This document shows, in pieces, positions 7,989-17,363 of a stretch of 64,000 nucleotides of DNA. The first letter of the stretch is position 1, and the number at the start of each line of letters is the position of its first letter. Source of the DNA: Escherichia phage vB_EcoM_KAW3E185; the sequence record MK373782.1, one strand, 5' to 3'. The notes beneath the pieces were generated by a model, which saw nothing but the letters and a program-made list of their open reading frames with translations, had not been told where the DNA came from and did no database searches. The position numbers and the translations under genes were made by a program.

Positions 7989-8453
7989 TTATTTAATTTG
8001 TTTAGCAGACCAGATACGGTCTTTAATAAGTTTTTGGATATCTTCAACATACTCAAGGCTATGAGCGTGAGGATTATCTTTGAAACTACGTGCTCGTGCC
8101 AGTTTCTGGCCTTCTGTTTTGATTACTAAAAGCTCTTTAAGAATTGCTTCATACTTAGAAATAATTCCTTTAACGATATTTTTTTCTTGAGCTGTTTTAG
8201 GGTCAGTTTTTGGCGCAGGTGCTTTACCTGTAGCTTTCTGGAACAATTCACCTGATGCAGCTAGGCTTTTAAAAACTCGGCTAACAGTATTAGCATTAGT
8301 AAAACCTTCGGCTTTAAAATCTCTAATAAAACGGAAACGTTCTTCATCGGAGGCGTCTTTGTAAGAATATTTACCTGCTTGAATTGCTGCAATCGCAGCG
8401 GCTTTTACATCTGAACTAGATTGTTCAGTCAAAAATTCAGCGTATGATTTCAT
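7989..8453 (-). CDS. Internal-protein-like (IP) gene with capsid targeting sequence
   Basis: N-terminus MKSYAEFLTE matches the T4 IP targeting sequence MKTYQEFIAE with an L-x-E prohead-protease site; 154 aa. Confidence 0.7.
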   Translation of the reverse strand: MKSYAEFLTEQSSSDVKAAAIAAIQAGKYSYKDASDEERFRFIRDFKAEGFTNANTVSRVFKSLAASGELFQKATGKAPAPKTDPKTAQEKNIVKGIISKYEAILKELLVIKTEGQKLARARSFKDNPHAHSLEYVEDIQKLIKDRIWSAKQIK

Positions 8454-8496
8454 GTTGCTTTTCCTAAGTTAATTAACTTATCTATTTATTATTATG

Positions 8497-8525
8497 CCAA
8501 AAAGCCCCAACCGTAAGGAAGGGGC
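8497..8525 (-). terminator. Intrinsic terminator (copy 2 of the 29-nt repeat)
   Basis: Identical to 7954..7982; downstream (minus) of the non-coding RNA region. Confidence 0.6.
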
Positions 8526-8577
8526 TAAGCCTTGCGGCAACCTTGTCGGGGTTCCACCTGCTAAGGCAAGTGTTTGT

Positions 8578-8669
8578 ACGAAACGCCGGGATTCGAACCC
8601 GGTTATTAAGCAGTTGACGCTACTCAATATTTTTAAAAGGCCATATCTCGACCATATCCGAACGTTCCG
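8578..8669 (-). ncRNA. tRNA-like element or stable RNA candidate (canonical T-arm, non-canonical remainder)
   Basis: Minus strand contains CCGGG-TTCGAAT-CCCGG T-arm and an acceptor-like pairing, but the D and anticodon arms do not fold canonically; lies in a ~300-nt ORF-free stretch. Confidence 0.35.
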
Positions 8670-8832
8670 TCAAAAACGCTACTCGGCTTACGGCAAAGAT
8701 ATTTCCTCGAATCGATAATTCGGTGCGCCGTTTCTGTTGTGATAGTAAAGAATCAGAACACAGTAAAACTGTGGGAGAAACTATACTCCAGGGAACATCA
8801 GTCCGACGACTTACCGGTAGCGACCCGGTTTC

Positions 8833-9177
8833 TCATTTTGGCATATCATCAATTTGCTCTCGACGCCGACGCCATAGATTAATCGCTTCATTAACACATT
8901 CGGCGTTTGGTATATGACGGCAATAATATAATGATTCGCGTTTCTGGAACCGATGTTGCAACGGGATTTCGTTTAAAAGATCTTTACGATCAAAGTATTC
9001 AAAACTAGTTAACCCTGAACGGTTTTTAATGAACTTCCAATGGCCGAATTCATTTTGAACATAGATGTAATCGGCATGCTGATAAAGTGAATTAATCAAT
9101 CGATGAGAAATAACTGTATCATATTCATTAAAATAAAACGTTAAATCATGAACTACCAAATAAATATTGCCTTTCAT
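8833..9177 (-). CDS. Hypothetical protein (115 aa from internal ATG)
   Basis: ORF track 8833..9225; internal ATG MKGNIYLVV has GAGGAAAA Shine-Dalgarno. Confidence 0.5.
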   Translation of the reverse strand: MKGNIYLVVHDLTFYFNEYDTVISHRLINSLYQHADYIYVQNEFGHWKFIKNRSGLTSFEYFDRKDLLNEIPLQHRFQKRESLYYCRHIPNAECVNEAINLWRRRREQIDDMPK

Positions 9178-9195
9178 ATTTTCCTCACTTATAAT

Positions 9196-9272
<77 letters not shown>

Positions 9273-9275
9273 GAT

Positions 9276-9352
9276 TGGTGACCCAGACCAGATTCGAACT
9301 GGTAACCTTTCCCTTATGAGGGGACTGCTGCTAACCGTTGAGCTACAGGGCC
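9276..9352 (-). tRNA. tRNA with CAU anticodon (Met, or Ile if lysidine-modified)
   Basis: Canonical T-arm ACCAG-TTCGAAT-CTGGT, anticodon loop CTCATAA, encoded CCA; one acceptor mismatch and an imperfect D-stem in my reading. Confidence 0.6.
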
Positions 9353-9431
9353 TAAATAACTTTCTATTATGAAAGGCACTTTAGAGCACCTTTGGTAATA
9401 GAGGGTATGAATTAATAATAACACATAATTC

Positions 9432-9947
9432 TTAAAGCAAATCAATCATTTTAACAGTTGGCAAAACGATTTCTTCTTCAATATAAGCAAATTCAACACA
9501 TTCAACTACACACAAGAAATCATAATCATAATATTCAGAAGCATGTCCAAGAATACCAACGAGACCTTCTGATACTAAATATCCATTCTCACAGAACAGG
9601 TCGAATACACGCGATTCGTCTTCTTCAGATTTATTACCAAGGTCGACTTCAATATCAAAGACCTTTTTAATGAATTCTGGATAAAGATGGTCTGAGAACA
9701 GTCCTTCAACCAGATATTCGTAGATAATAAGCGAGCAATCACTGAATGGTGTATTACCACAGTAACGTTCAGCTTTAGTGCTAGAATGACGACTCTTAAA
9801 TTTCTTCAAGAGATATTTAAACTGTTGGAGCTCATGCTCTTCTACACCAAATAATGTTTTGGTTTTATAGTTGTCGCCGTCATTTTCCGAAGTAGTGACA
9901 TCAATTACGTAACCTTTAGGGATTGTACTGCCTAAACAAATATTCAT
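9432..9947 (-). CDS. Hypothetical protein
   Basis: 171 aa; GGTGA Shine-Dalgarno. Confidence 0.55.
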   Translation of the reverse strand: MNICLGSTIPKGYVIDVTTSENDGDNYKTKTLFGVEEHELQQFKYLLKKFKSRHSSTKAERYCGNTPFSDCSLIIYEYLVEGLFSDHLYPEFIKKVFDIEVDLGNKSEEDESRVFDLFCENGYLVSEGLVGILGHASEYYDYDFLCVVECVEFAYIEEEIVLPTVKMIDLL

Positions 9948-9951
9948 TTAC

Positions 9952-10242
9952 TCACCGTACCATATTAATGTAATTATATTCAATGCAACGTAATTTCAAA
10001 GTGTTCTTGAAAATATCGTATTCAAGAGGGCCTGATTCAGTTTCAATAAAGAAATCAAAATTAACTGTGTTAAATTTATTGTCTTCACAGAGTAATTTAA
10101 CCTGTGAAGATGAACGGTCGATATAAACCTTTTCAACCTCAAAGTTAGTCAGAATACCGTAGTCATCGACTAGTGCTTTAGCTGCACGTTGGTCGCTTTC
10201 ATATCCATTCTCAACGGATTTTACCTTAGCATAAAGAATCAT
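9952..10242 (-). CDS. Hypothetical protein
   Basis: 96 aa; start overlaps the stop of the next gene. Confidence 0.5.
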   Translation of the reverse strand: MILYAKVKSVENGYESDQRAAKALVDDYGILTNFEVEKVYIDRSSSQVKLLCEDNKFNTVNFDFFIETESGPLEYDIFKNTLKLRCIEYNYINMVR

Positions 10243-10601
10243 GAATGTTCCACCACTTCAAAGGTATGAGCATCAACAATATGATACCAGTCAAAATTTT
10301 CTTCTGAGTTTTTATAAATTTCGCGAAGAGCTTCAACAGTTTTTCCTGTAGCAACAAGATCATCAATACCACCAAGAGGATAACAGTCATAACCAGCAAA
10401 CAGAAGGAAATTAATAGTTTCTGTAGGTTCTGGATGCAGAACACCGTTATCGTCTACCACTTCAAAGAAAGTGTAAGAAGGAGTACAAGTTTTAATCCAA
10501 GCCCAGGCTTGAGCTGCTGAATCAAATGGTCCGCGTATCAAACGACAATCAGGGTCTTTAGAAGGATTTGCTTCAAAATCTGCATATACATGATATTTCA
10601 T
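10239..10601 (-). CDS. Hypothetical protein (120 aa from internal ATG)
   Basis: ORF track 10239..10619; internal ATG MKYHVYADF has AAGGTGAG Shine-Dalgarno. Confidence 0.55.
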   Translation of the reverse strand: MKYHVYADFEANPSKDPDCRLIRGPFDSAAQAWAWIKTCTPSYTFFEVVDDNGVLHPEPTETINFLLFAGYDCYPLGGIDDLVATGKTVEALREIYKNSEENFDWYHIVDAHTFEVVEHS

Positions 10602-10602
10602 T

Positions 10603-10809
10603 TTACTCACCTTTTGCAATTTTATCCATAACGATAGCGATTAAGCCGATTAGAAATGCTACTACCAATGAGATAGAATTTTCTGTTGTTGTCAGTAGTC
10701 CACAAATGAATCCTACAAACATCGAAAAACTAAAAGCCATTGAAGCAATTACTACAGCAACATTACGAATCAGTTCAGCGCGTTTCATTTTATTTCTCCA
10801 TTTACTCAT
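10603..10809 (-). CDS. Small two-TM membrane protein
   Basis: 68 aa; two hydrophobic segments; PeSL cassette upstream. Confidence 0.55.
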   Translation of the reverse strand: MSKWRNKMKRAELIRNVAVVIASMAFSFSMFVGFICGLLTTTENSISLVVAFLIGLIAIVMDKIAKGE

Positions 10810-10857
10810 TTGTTTTGATAGGACTACTATATCATATCCCTATAGGCTTGTATACCT

Positions 10858-11121
10858 TTATTTCAAATATATTGCGTATTTTTTATAGCCACCAGGCTCG
10901 TGTCGAAGACCTTTATCATTTGCAAAACGTTGAATGTTATTGAACTGATTTTCATCAAGTTCAGACGTGTCAAATATGAAAAAGTTTCGTTTGTTACCAA
11001 GCGTGATATGCGGAGTTAAGTCAATGTTATACAAATTAAGAATATCAACAATAACCTGATTGACCGCTTTGTTAATTTTCACACCAGACGATTCTGAGAT
11101 GAATTCGTTGAAAGTTTTCAT
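10858..11121 (-). CDS. Internal-protein-like (IP) gene with capsid targeting sequence
   Basis: MKTFNEFISE at internal ATG (ORF track starts 4 codons earlier, at 11133); L/I-x-E cleavage motif. Confidence 0.65.
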   Translation of the reverse strand: MKTFNEFISESSGVKINKAVNQVIVDILNLYNIDLTPHITLGNKRNFFIFDTSELDENQFNNIQRFANDKGLRHEPGGYKKYAIYLK

Positions 11122-11135
11122 TTTAGGTTCCATTT

Positions 11136-11186
11136 GGTTGTTTTGATAGGACTACTATAACATAGTCCTATCAGCATGTAAACTAC
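11136..11186 (-). promoter_or_regulatory. Early promoter with stem-loop (PeSL-like)
   Basis: GTTTACA, 17 bp, TTATAGT with inverted repeat ATAGGACTA/TAGTCCTAT. Confidence 0.55.
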
Positions 11187-11474
11187 TTACAGAAGAGTTT
11201 TTGCAATAATTTTAAGCTGAGCTACAGAAATATGCTTAGCTTTAAACAGTGCAGTCTCTTCAGCCGGAGAGATAACAATAGTAGCGCCATCTTTCTTAGC
11301 AGACCATCCATCCCCTAAGTAAACAGTACCTTTTACTTCTTCACCATCAACCAGACTAATCATTGGTTTACCCTCACGTCCTTTATTTGTTTTAATAACT
11401 TCAGAAGTAAGGGATGCTTCGGTCAGAGTAGAAACGTTAGCAACAGGTGATATAAATTCTTTATAGGTTTTCAT
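11187..11474 (-). CDS. Internal-protein-like (IP) gene with capsid targeting sequence
   Basis: N-terminus MKTYKEFIS; 95 aa; AAGGAAATAAA Shine-Dalgarno. Confidence 0.7.
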   Translation of the reverse strand: MKTYKEFISPVANVSTLTEASLTSEVIKTNKGREGKPMISLVDGEEVKGTVYLGDGWSAKKDGATIVISPAEETALFKAKHISVAQLKIIAKTLL

Positions 11475-11477
11475 TTT

Positions 11478-11548
11478 ATTTCCTTGAGGTTGTTTATTTG
11501 ATAGGATGATAGTAACACACCATCATCCTTATGTAAACTGTTTTGTGA
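11478..11548 (-). promoter_or_regulatory. Early promoter with stem-loop (PeSL-like)
   Basis: GTTTACA, 17 bp, TACTAT; spacer inverted repeat AGGATGAT...ATCATCCT. Confidence 0.55.
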
Positions 11549-11551
11549 AAA

Positions 11552-12237
<686 letters not shown>

Positions 12238-12241
12238 TTTA

Positions 12242-12976
12242 TTACCTTAAGATTGTTTCAATTTTAGAATAAAGCTCTTCTAAAGAGCCGTCGTTTGTAA
12301 TAACTAAATCGCCTTCTTCAATAGGCAACCCAGCTTCTGTAATATGTTTATCGGTGGATTCCGTACCAGAGCGAACCACATGAATAACTGTAGCACCCAT
12401 CGCTCTAGCGGTTTCCATTTCATGGACTTGGCGTGTATCGGTCACAACATAGTAATCGAAATCACTTCCAATATAATCCGTATAGTTTAATGCAAAAAGT
12501 TTAACCCAATACATACGGTCAAATAAATTAACGACAACATCCGTACCGAGGGCTTGCATAAGACGGCGGATTGACCATGTGTCGTTGATATTATTTATAG
12601 CTTCACGCAGGGCTTCATATGGTTTAATATCTAGATACGAATATCCACCTTCTAACGATGATAATACTTTAACATTATTAATCGGTAAATATTGACTTTG
12701 CAAATAAATTAGCGCTTCTTCCAATAATTCAATAACATCCAACTTATTGAGATTTAATGGTGTTTCACGGTCGTATCCAATGCCTTCAAAGTATTCGTAT
12801 TTCAACTCTGTGAATACATCAGGATTTTCAGCATGCCTACGTCCCCAGGCTATTGCTAGAGCGTCTTTAATTGGATATGCTAATTGGTATTTTACGGATT
12901 TAAAGTTTGAATTGATGTAATCAGCAGTGGTGTCTTTACCACTACGTTTGATGCCACTTAAAAAGATTAGCTCCAT
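12242..12976 (-). CDS. 1: gp1 deoxynucleoside monophosphate kinase
   Basis: 244 aa; P-loop SGIKRSGKDT; T4 order. Confidence 0.85.
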   Translation of the reverse strand: MELIFLSGIKRSGKDTTADYINSNFKSVKYQLAYPIKDALAIAWGRRHAENPDVFTELKYEYFEGIGYDRETPLNLNKLDVIELLEEALIYLQSQYLPINNVKVLSSLEGGYSYLDIKPYEALREAINNINDTWSIRRLMQALGTDVVVNLFDRMYWVKLFALNYTDYIGSDFDYYVVTDTRQVHEMETARAMGATVIHVVRSGTESTDKHITEAGLPIEEGDLVITNDGSLEELYSKIETILR

Positions 12977-13029
12977 AGGTTTTCCTCATATAATTTATGA
13001 GTGATTATAACATACGGAGCTAGAAGCGA

Positions 13030-13614
13030 TTAACGCAAGGAAGGGTGTCTAGAAATGGATTTAGATTCGACTGCTTGACGTGGTTGTTGAGATACAATGA
13101 CTTCACCATCCTTTTCTATCGTCATGTACGCATAGTGAATAGTTGCTACGCACGTAACGGCAGGGTCAGAGTCTTCGGTGTAACTAAATTCAATTTCACT
13201 CAAATCAGAAATCCATGGTTTATAGAAATTCGCCGTCAAAACTACTTCAGTCTTATTGTTGTTTAAAATGTGCAAAGTAACAAACTCAGGACCATCGGAG
13301 TGGGCCGTATTATGTCCGGTTATATAGTTATTAGTGCTGAGCATCCATTTATACATGTTCATCCAGGACGTCATGTCTTCATCAACTATAAATCGTACAA
13401 CAAAAGGGTCGTATTCAAATGTGGTGCCTGCACGCATTGCACGTCCTAACCCCATCGTGCCTGTCACAGTTTCAACAACAGGAATTCTCACACCTGGCAA
13501 TGGAGCCGTTTGGGCATTGAGCACAAAACCTGAAGTTCGTGTACTATCTGGGATATCCACAACAAAGTTTGTTATATTTGTTTGGTTAAAAATCTGTCTC
13601 GTTGGACGAGTCAT
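13030..13614 (-). CDS. 3: gp3 tail completion / sheath stabiliser (start uncertain)
   Basis: ORF track 13030..13620 (GTG start); position between gene 1 and gene 2 as in T4. Confidence 0.7.
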   Translation of the reverse strand: MTRPTRQIFNQTNITNFVVDIPDSTRTSGFVLNAQTAPLPGVRIPVVETVTGTMGLGRAMRAGTTFEYDPFVVRFIVDEDMTSWMNMYKWMLSTNNYITGHNTAHSDGPEFVTLHILNNNKTEVVLTANFYKPWISDLSEIEFSYTEDSDPAVTCVATIHYAYMTIEKDGEVIVSQQPRQAVESKSISRHPSLR

Positions 13615-13628
13615 AAGCACCTCAAAAA

Positions 13629-13665
13629 CGCTTTAATAAAAATGCAGTATAATGGTTTTAGGTCT
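13629..13665 (+). promoter_or_regulatory. MotA-type middle-promoter-like element on the plus strand
   Basis: cGCTTTA box, 12 bp, TATAAT; shares an 18-nt identity GTATAATGGTTTTAGGTC with the uvsY promoter region. Confidence 0.45.
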
Positions 13666-13716
13666 CTTCCATTAATCCGGTTCAACAGAATATCAGAAGA
13701 ACGGAAGAGAATAGAA

Positions 13717-14538
13717 TTAAGATTTCCAAACAGTATTCGCAGAGAAACGTTTTCCTTTTGACATAAACTGCTGAGTAGGTAACATGATTATGTTAGCCCA
13801 GTCTTTAGGAGCTATTTCTGTTATTGTTCCTCTAATGTGGCCTGGCAGGTATGCTTTAATCATTTTGTCAGCACCTTGAAATCCTTTCACCTTGCTCCAG
13901 TCTATCTTCAACTTTGTGTTATTAGTAATAGTAGTTGTGCTAGCATATTGCTTCAGCAATTCTTCAAGAAACTGTTGTCGTGCTTTAGGTGGGATATAGT
14001 GCAAGTTTAACCCGTACATCAAATTATGTTTACCTAATCCTAAATAAATAATCAAAGGATATCGGTCCCAGTATGGCAGAGTATCTTTATGTTTAGCATC
14101 ATACACGTAAGTATAAATTTTGCCTGGCGTAGGCTTGACTACTTTATGACCTTTTACACTTTTTTTAATTGTTTCAACAAACCACTTAGATGATTTGTTG
14201 TTTACTGCTGCGCCTTCATTTCTAATCTTTTCTCGTATTGAACTGCGAAACGAGTTTATCATCAGAAGTTGACGTTCTTGCTTATTGAGTTTATTTTTAG
14301 GTTTAGATTCAAGCGTTTCAATTTTCTGTGCAGTCTTAATAGATGATGCATATCTAGACATTGCAGATGTAAACGACGAGTATTTTATTCCTTTTGATTC
14401 TGCAAATGCTTTTGCAGTGATTCCTTTCTCTTTAGCTTTCTTGTATTCTAATCCTATCTCAATCCATTTTCTTTCATTCATAGACTGAGCAATCTTAGGG
14501 GCTTGTACGCCTTCAGATATAATTTGGAATATGCTCAT
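13717..14538 (-). CDS. 2: gp2 DNA end protector
   Basis: 273 aa (T4 gp2 is 274); gene order. Confidence 0.8.
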   Translation of the reverse strand: MSIFQIISEGVQAPKIAQSMNERKWIEIGLEYKKAKEKGITAKAFAESKGIKYSSFTSAMSRYASSIKTAQKIETLESKPKNKLNKQERQLLMINSFRSSIREKIRNEGAAVNNKSSKWFVETIKKSVKGHKVVKPTPGKIYTYVYDAKHKDTLPYWDRYPLIIYLGLGKHNLMYGLNLHYIPPKARQQFLEELLKQYASTTTITNNTKLKIDWSKVKGFQGADKMIKAYLPGHIRGTITEIAPKDWANIIMLPTQQFMSKGKRFSANTVWKS

Positions 14539-14540
14539 AA

Positions 14541-14990
14541 TTACCCCTTGTATCCGAGTTTTCTAAGACCATCTTCGGTTAGAACTCGAAATTTTATATT
14601 TCTCTTTTCAGCAACAGCTGAGGCAGCTTTCCATTTGTCGCAGTTCACAGACCAGGTATATATTTCATTCATATAACGTTTCTTAGCCGCAGTTGTAAGA
14701 TTCACCGGTTTAATAGGTGGCTGAGTTTCTTTCTTTGGTTTTATTTCTACAAAGAACTCTTGACCTGATGCATCTTTCATCCATATGTCCATGTAGTATC
14801 GACGTTTCTTGCCTTCAGCATTACAAAAATATGGAATTACTGCTGTTTCACTACCCCATGCAATAATTTCTGGATTTTTATCCAACCATTCGAAAAAGAA
14901 TTTTTCCCAGTTTGAACGATACGTTATTTTGGTATGGTCTCCACGGTATTTTTTTAAATTTTTTGGGACCCATTTACCAGAGTAGGCCAT
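14541..14990 (-). CDS. 4: gp4 head completion protein
   Basis: 149 aa from internal ATG with AGGAGG Shine-Dalgarno (ORF track 14541..15134); T4 gp4 is 150 aa. Confidence 0.8.
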   Translation of the reverse strand: MAYSGKWVPKNLKKYRGDHTKITYRSNWEKFFFEWLDKNPEIIAWGSETAVIPYFCNAEGKKRRYYMDIWMKDASGQEFFVEIKPKKETQPPIKPVNLTTAAKKRYMNEIYTWSVNCDKWKAASAVAEKRNIKFRVLTEDGLRKLGYKG

Positions 14991-15001
14991 GTTGTCCTCC
15001 T

Positions 15002-15024
15002 TATAAATAGTATTATTATTTATA
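15002..15024. promoter_or_regulatory. Divergent late promoters (TATAAATA on plus for gene 53, on minus for gene 4)
   Basis: TTATAAATAG at ~15002 and TATTTATA at ~15017 in the 61-bp gap between divergent genes. Confidence 0.65.
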
Positions 15025-15051
15025 CCAATTTCATATTGGAAGGAGACTATC

Positions 15052-15627
15052 TTGTTATTTACATTCTTCGACCCAATAGGATATAGTGCTAAAACAGTTG
15101 ATAAGAATGCACCTACTATTCCTATGACAGACATATTTCGTAACTATAAAGAGTACTTTAAGCGTGTTGCTGCCAATTATAGATTACGTTCTTATTATAT
15201 TAAAGGCTCTCCGCGTCCTGAAGAACTAGCGAATATCATTTATGGCAACCCTCAATTATACTGGGTTCTTTTGATGTGTAATGACAACTACGACCCGTAT
15301 TATGGTTGGATTACATCTCAGGAAGCAGCGTATCAAGCTTCTATTCAGAAATATGCTAATGCAGGCGGCGACCAAATTCTTTATCATATTAACGAGAACC
15401 GTGAGAAATTTTACAATTTAGTTTCATATCCTGACGAGCCTTTAGTGTGGTACGATAAAGGTGATGAAGCTCGTAAGTATCCGCAATATAAAGGACCTTT
15501 AGCTGCAGTAGATATTTATGAAGCGGCTGTATTAGATAACGAAAAACTTCGTAAAATAAAAATTGTTGCAAAAGAAGATATAAACTCGTTTATTACTGAT
15601 TTGATTCGTGAGATGGAGATTGCATAA
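15052..15627 (+). CDS. 53: gp53 baseplate wedge
   Basis: N-terminus MLFTFFDP matches T4 gp53; apparent TTG start with GGAAGGAGA Shine-Dalgarno. Confidence 0.85.
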   Translation: MLFTFFDPIGYSAKTVDKNAPTIPMTDIFRNYKEYFKRVAANYRLRSYYIKGSPRPEELANIIYGNPQLYWVLLMCNDNYDPYYGWITSQEAAYQASIQKYANAGGDQILYHINENREKFYNLVSYPDEPLVWYDKGDEARKYPQYKGPLAAVDIYEAAVLDNEKLRKIKIVAKEDINSFITDLIREMEIA

Positions 15628-17360
15628 TGGAAATGATTAGCAGTAGCCTTAATTGGTTCGTGGGTGTTGTCGAGGACAGAATGGACCCATTAAAACAAGG
15701 GCGAGTTCGAGTTCGAGTCGTTGGTCTTCATCCAGCACAGAGAGCACAAGGTGATGTACAAGGTATTCCTACAGAAAAACTTCCATGGATGACTGTTATT
15801 CAACCTATTACGTCTGCATCAATGTCAGGTATTGGTGGTTCTGTTACAGGTCCTGTTGAAGGAACTCGAGTATATGGTCATTTCTTAGACAAATGGAAAA
15901 CAAACGGGATTGTACTTGGTACATACGGTGGAATCGTACGTGAAAAGCCTAATAGACTTGAAGGTTTTTCAGACCCGACAGGCCAGTATCCACGACGTTT
16001 AGGTAATGATACGAACGTATTAAACCAAGGTGGTGAAGCTGGTTATTATTCAAACTCTAACGTAATTCAAGATAACAACTTGGATTATGGTATAAACCCA
16101 GATGATACAGATTTAGCAAATATTCCAGAAGATGATGACCCTAATTTTACAATAACAGAAATGTTACGTCGTGACGAAGGTCTTCGTGATAAAGTGTATT
16201 GGGACCATCTCGGATATCCTACCGTAGGTATTGGACACCTTATCGTAATGGAAAAGACCCGAGATATGTCTCGAATTAATAAATTGTTATCCGATCAAGT
16301 AGGGCGTGAAGTAACAGGAAATCCGGGAACTATTACATTAGAAGAAGCAACAGCGTTATTTGAGAAAGACCTTGCTAAGATGCAGAAAGACATTCGTTCT
16401 AATTCTAAAGTAGGTCCTGTTTATGCTAAAATGAACAGGTCTCGTCAAATGGCATTAGAAAACATGTGTTTCCAAATGGGCGTTGGTGGTGTAGCAAAAT
16501 TCAATACTATGCTTAAAGCAATGGCCGCAGGCGATTGGAAAACTGCATACAAATCTGGACGCGATTCATTATGGTTCCAACAGACTAAAGGACGCGCTTC
16601 ACGTGTAACAACAATTATTTTAACCGGTAACATGGAATCATATGGTGTTCCTGTTAAAACGCCGCCTTCACCAGGAGTTGGTGCCGATTTAGTTACTAGA
16701 AATACCGATCCAGAAGACCCAGCTGGTCCTCCTGTTCCATTAGATTCACGCATCCTTTTTAAAGAACCGGAATCAAGTTATCGTGGTGAGTATCCATACG
16801 TTCATGCTATGGAAACAGAAAGCGGTCATATCCAAGAATTTGACGATACTCCAGGTAATGAACGTTATCGCTTAGTTCATCCAACAGGGTCATATGAGGA
16901 AGTTTCTCCGTCTGGGCGTCGTACTCGTAAAACTGTAGAAGACCTTTTTGACATCACTAATGGCGATGGGAACTTTTTGATTTCTGGCGATAAGCTTGTT
17001 AACGTTGGTGCTAATGAAATATATTATAACATGGCAGACCGCCTCCATCAAATAGACGGCAATGACACAATCTTTATTCGTGGTAATCAATCTAAAACTG
17101 TTGAAGGCGATGGAACTCTTTACGTTAAGGGTAATATCAAAATAGTTGTTGACGGAAATGCAGATATTCTTGTTAAAGGTGATGCAAAAACTCAGGTCGA
17201 AGGGAATCATGATTACACCGTCAACGGAAACGTTAAATGGACTGTTAATGGTAATGTTGATATGACTGTTGCCGGGGATTGGGCAGAAACAATGTCTACA
17301 ATGAGCTCAGTAGCTTCAGGACAATACACTGTTGACGGATCTCGTATTGATATTGGGTAA
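15627..17360 (+). CDS. 5: gp5 baseplate hub / tail lysozyme with beta-helix spike
   Basis: 577 aa; lysozyme domain DEGLRDKVYWDHLGYPTVGIGHLI; C-terminal VxGxxxVxV repeats. Confidence 0.95.
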   Translation: MEMISSSLNWFVGVVEDRMDPLKQGRVRVRVVGLHPAQRAQGDVQGIPTEKLPWMTVIQPITSASMSGIGGSVTGPVEGTRVYGHFLDKWKTNGIVLGTYGGIVREKPNRLEGFSDPTGQYPRRLGNDTNVLNQGGEAGYYSNSNVIQDNNLDYGINPDDTDLANIPEDDDPNFTITEMLRRDEGLRDKVYWDHLGYPTVGIGHLIVMEKTRDMSRINKLLSDQVGREVTGNPGTITLEEATALFEKDLAKMQKDIRSNSKVGPVYAKMNRSRQMALENMCFQMGVGGVAKFNTMLKAMAAGDWKTAYKSGRDSLWFQQTKGRASRVTTIILTGNMESYGVPVKTPPSPGVGADLVTRNTDPEDPAGPPVPLDSRILFKEPESSYRGEYPYVHAMETESGHIQEFDDTPGNERYRLVHPTGSYEEVSPSGRRTRKTVEDLFDITNGDGNFLISGDKLVNVGANEIYYNMADRLHQIDGNDTIFIRGNQSKTVEGDGTLYVKGNIKIVVDGNADILVKGDAKTQVEGNHDYTVNGNVKWTVNGNVDMTVAGDWAETMSTMSSVASGQYTVDGSRIDIG

Positions 17361-17363
17361 TAT

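Noticed and set aside
8578-8669. Calling the T-arm-containing element a type II (long-arm) tRNA
   Set aside because: Only the T-arm and acceptor pairing could be formed; no D-stem or 5-bp anticodon stem with U33 and a purine at 37 could be folded. Kept as tRNA-like RNA only.
8494-8917. Plus-strand ORFs 8494..8718 and 8723..8917
   Set aside because: They cross the terminator repeat and the tRNA-like region; no Shine-Dalgarno; more likely non-coding RNA sequence read in frame.
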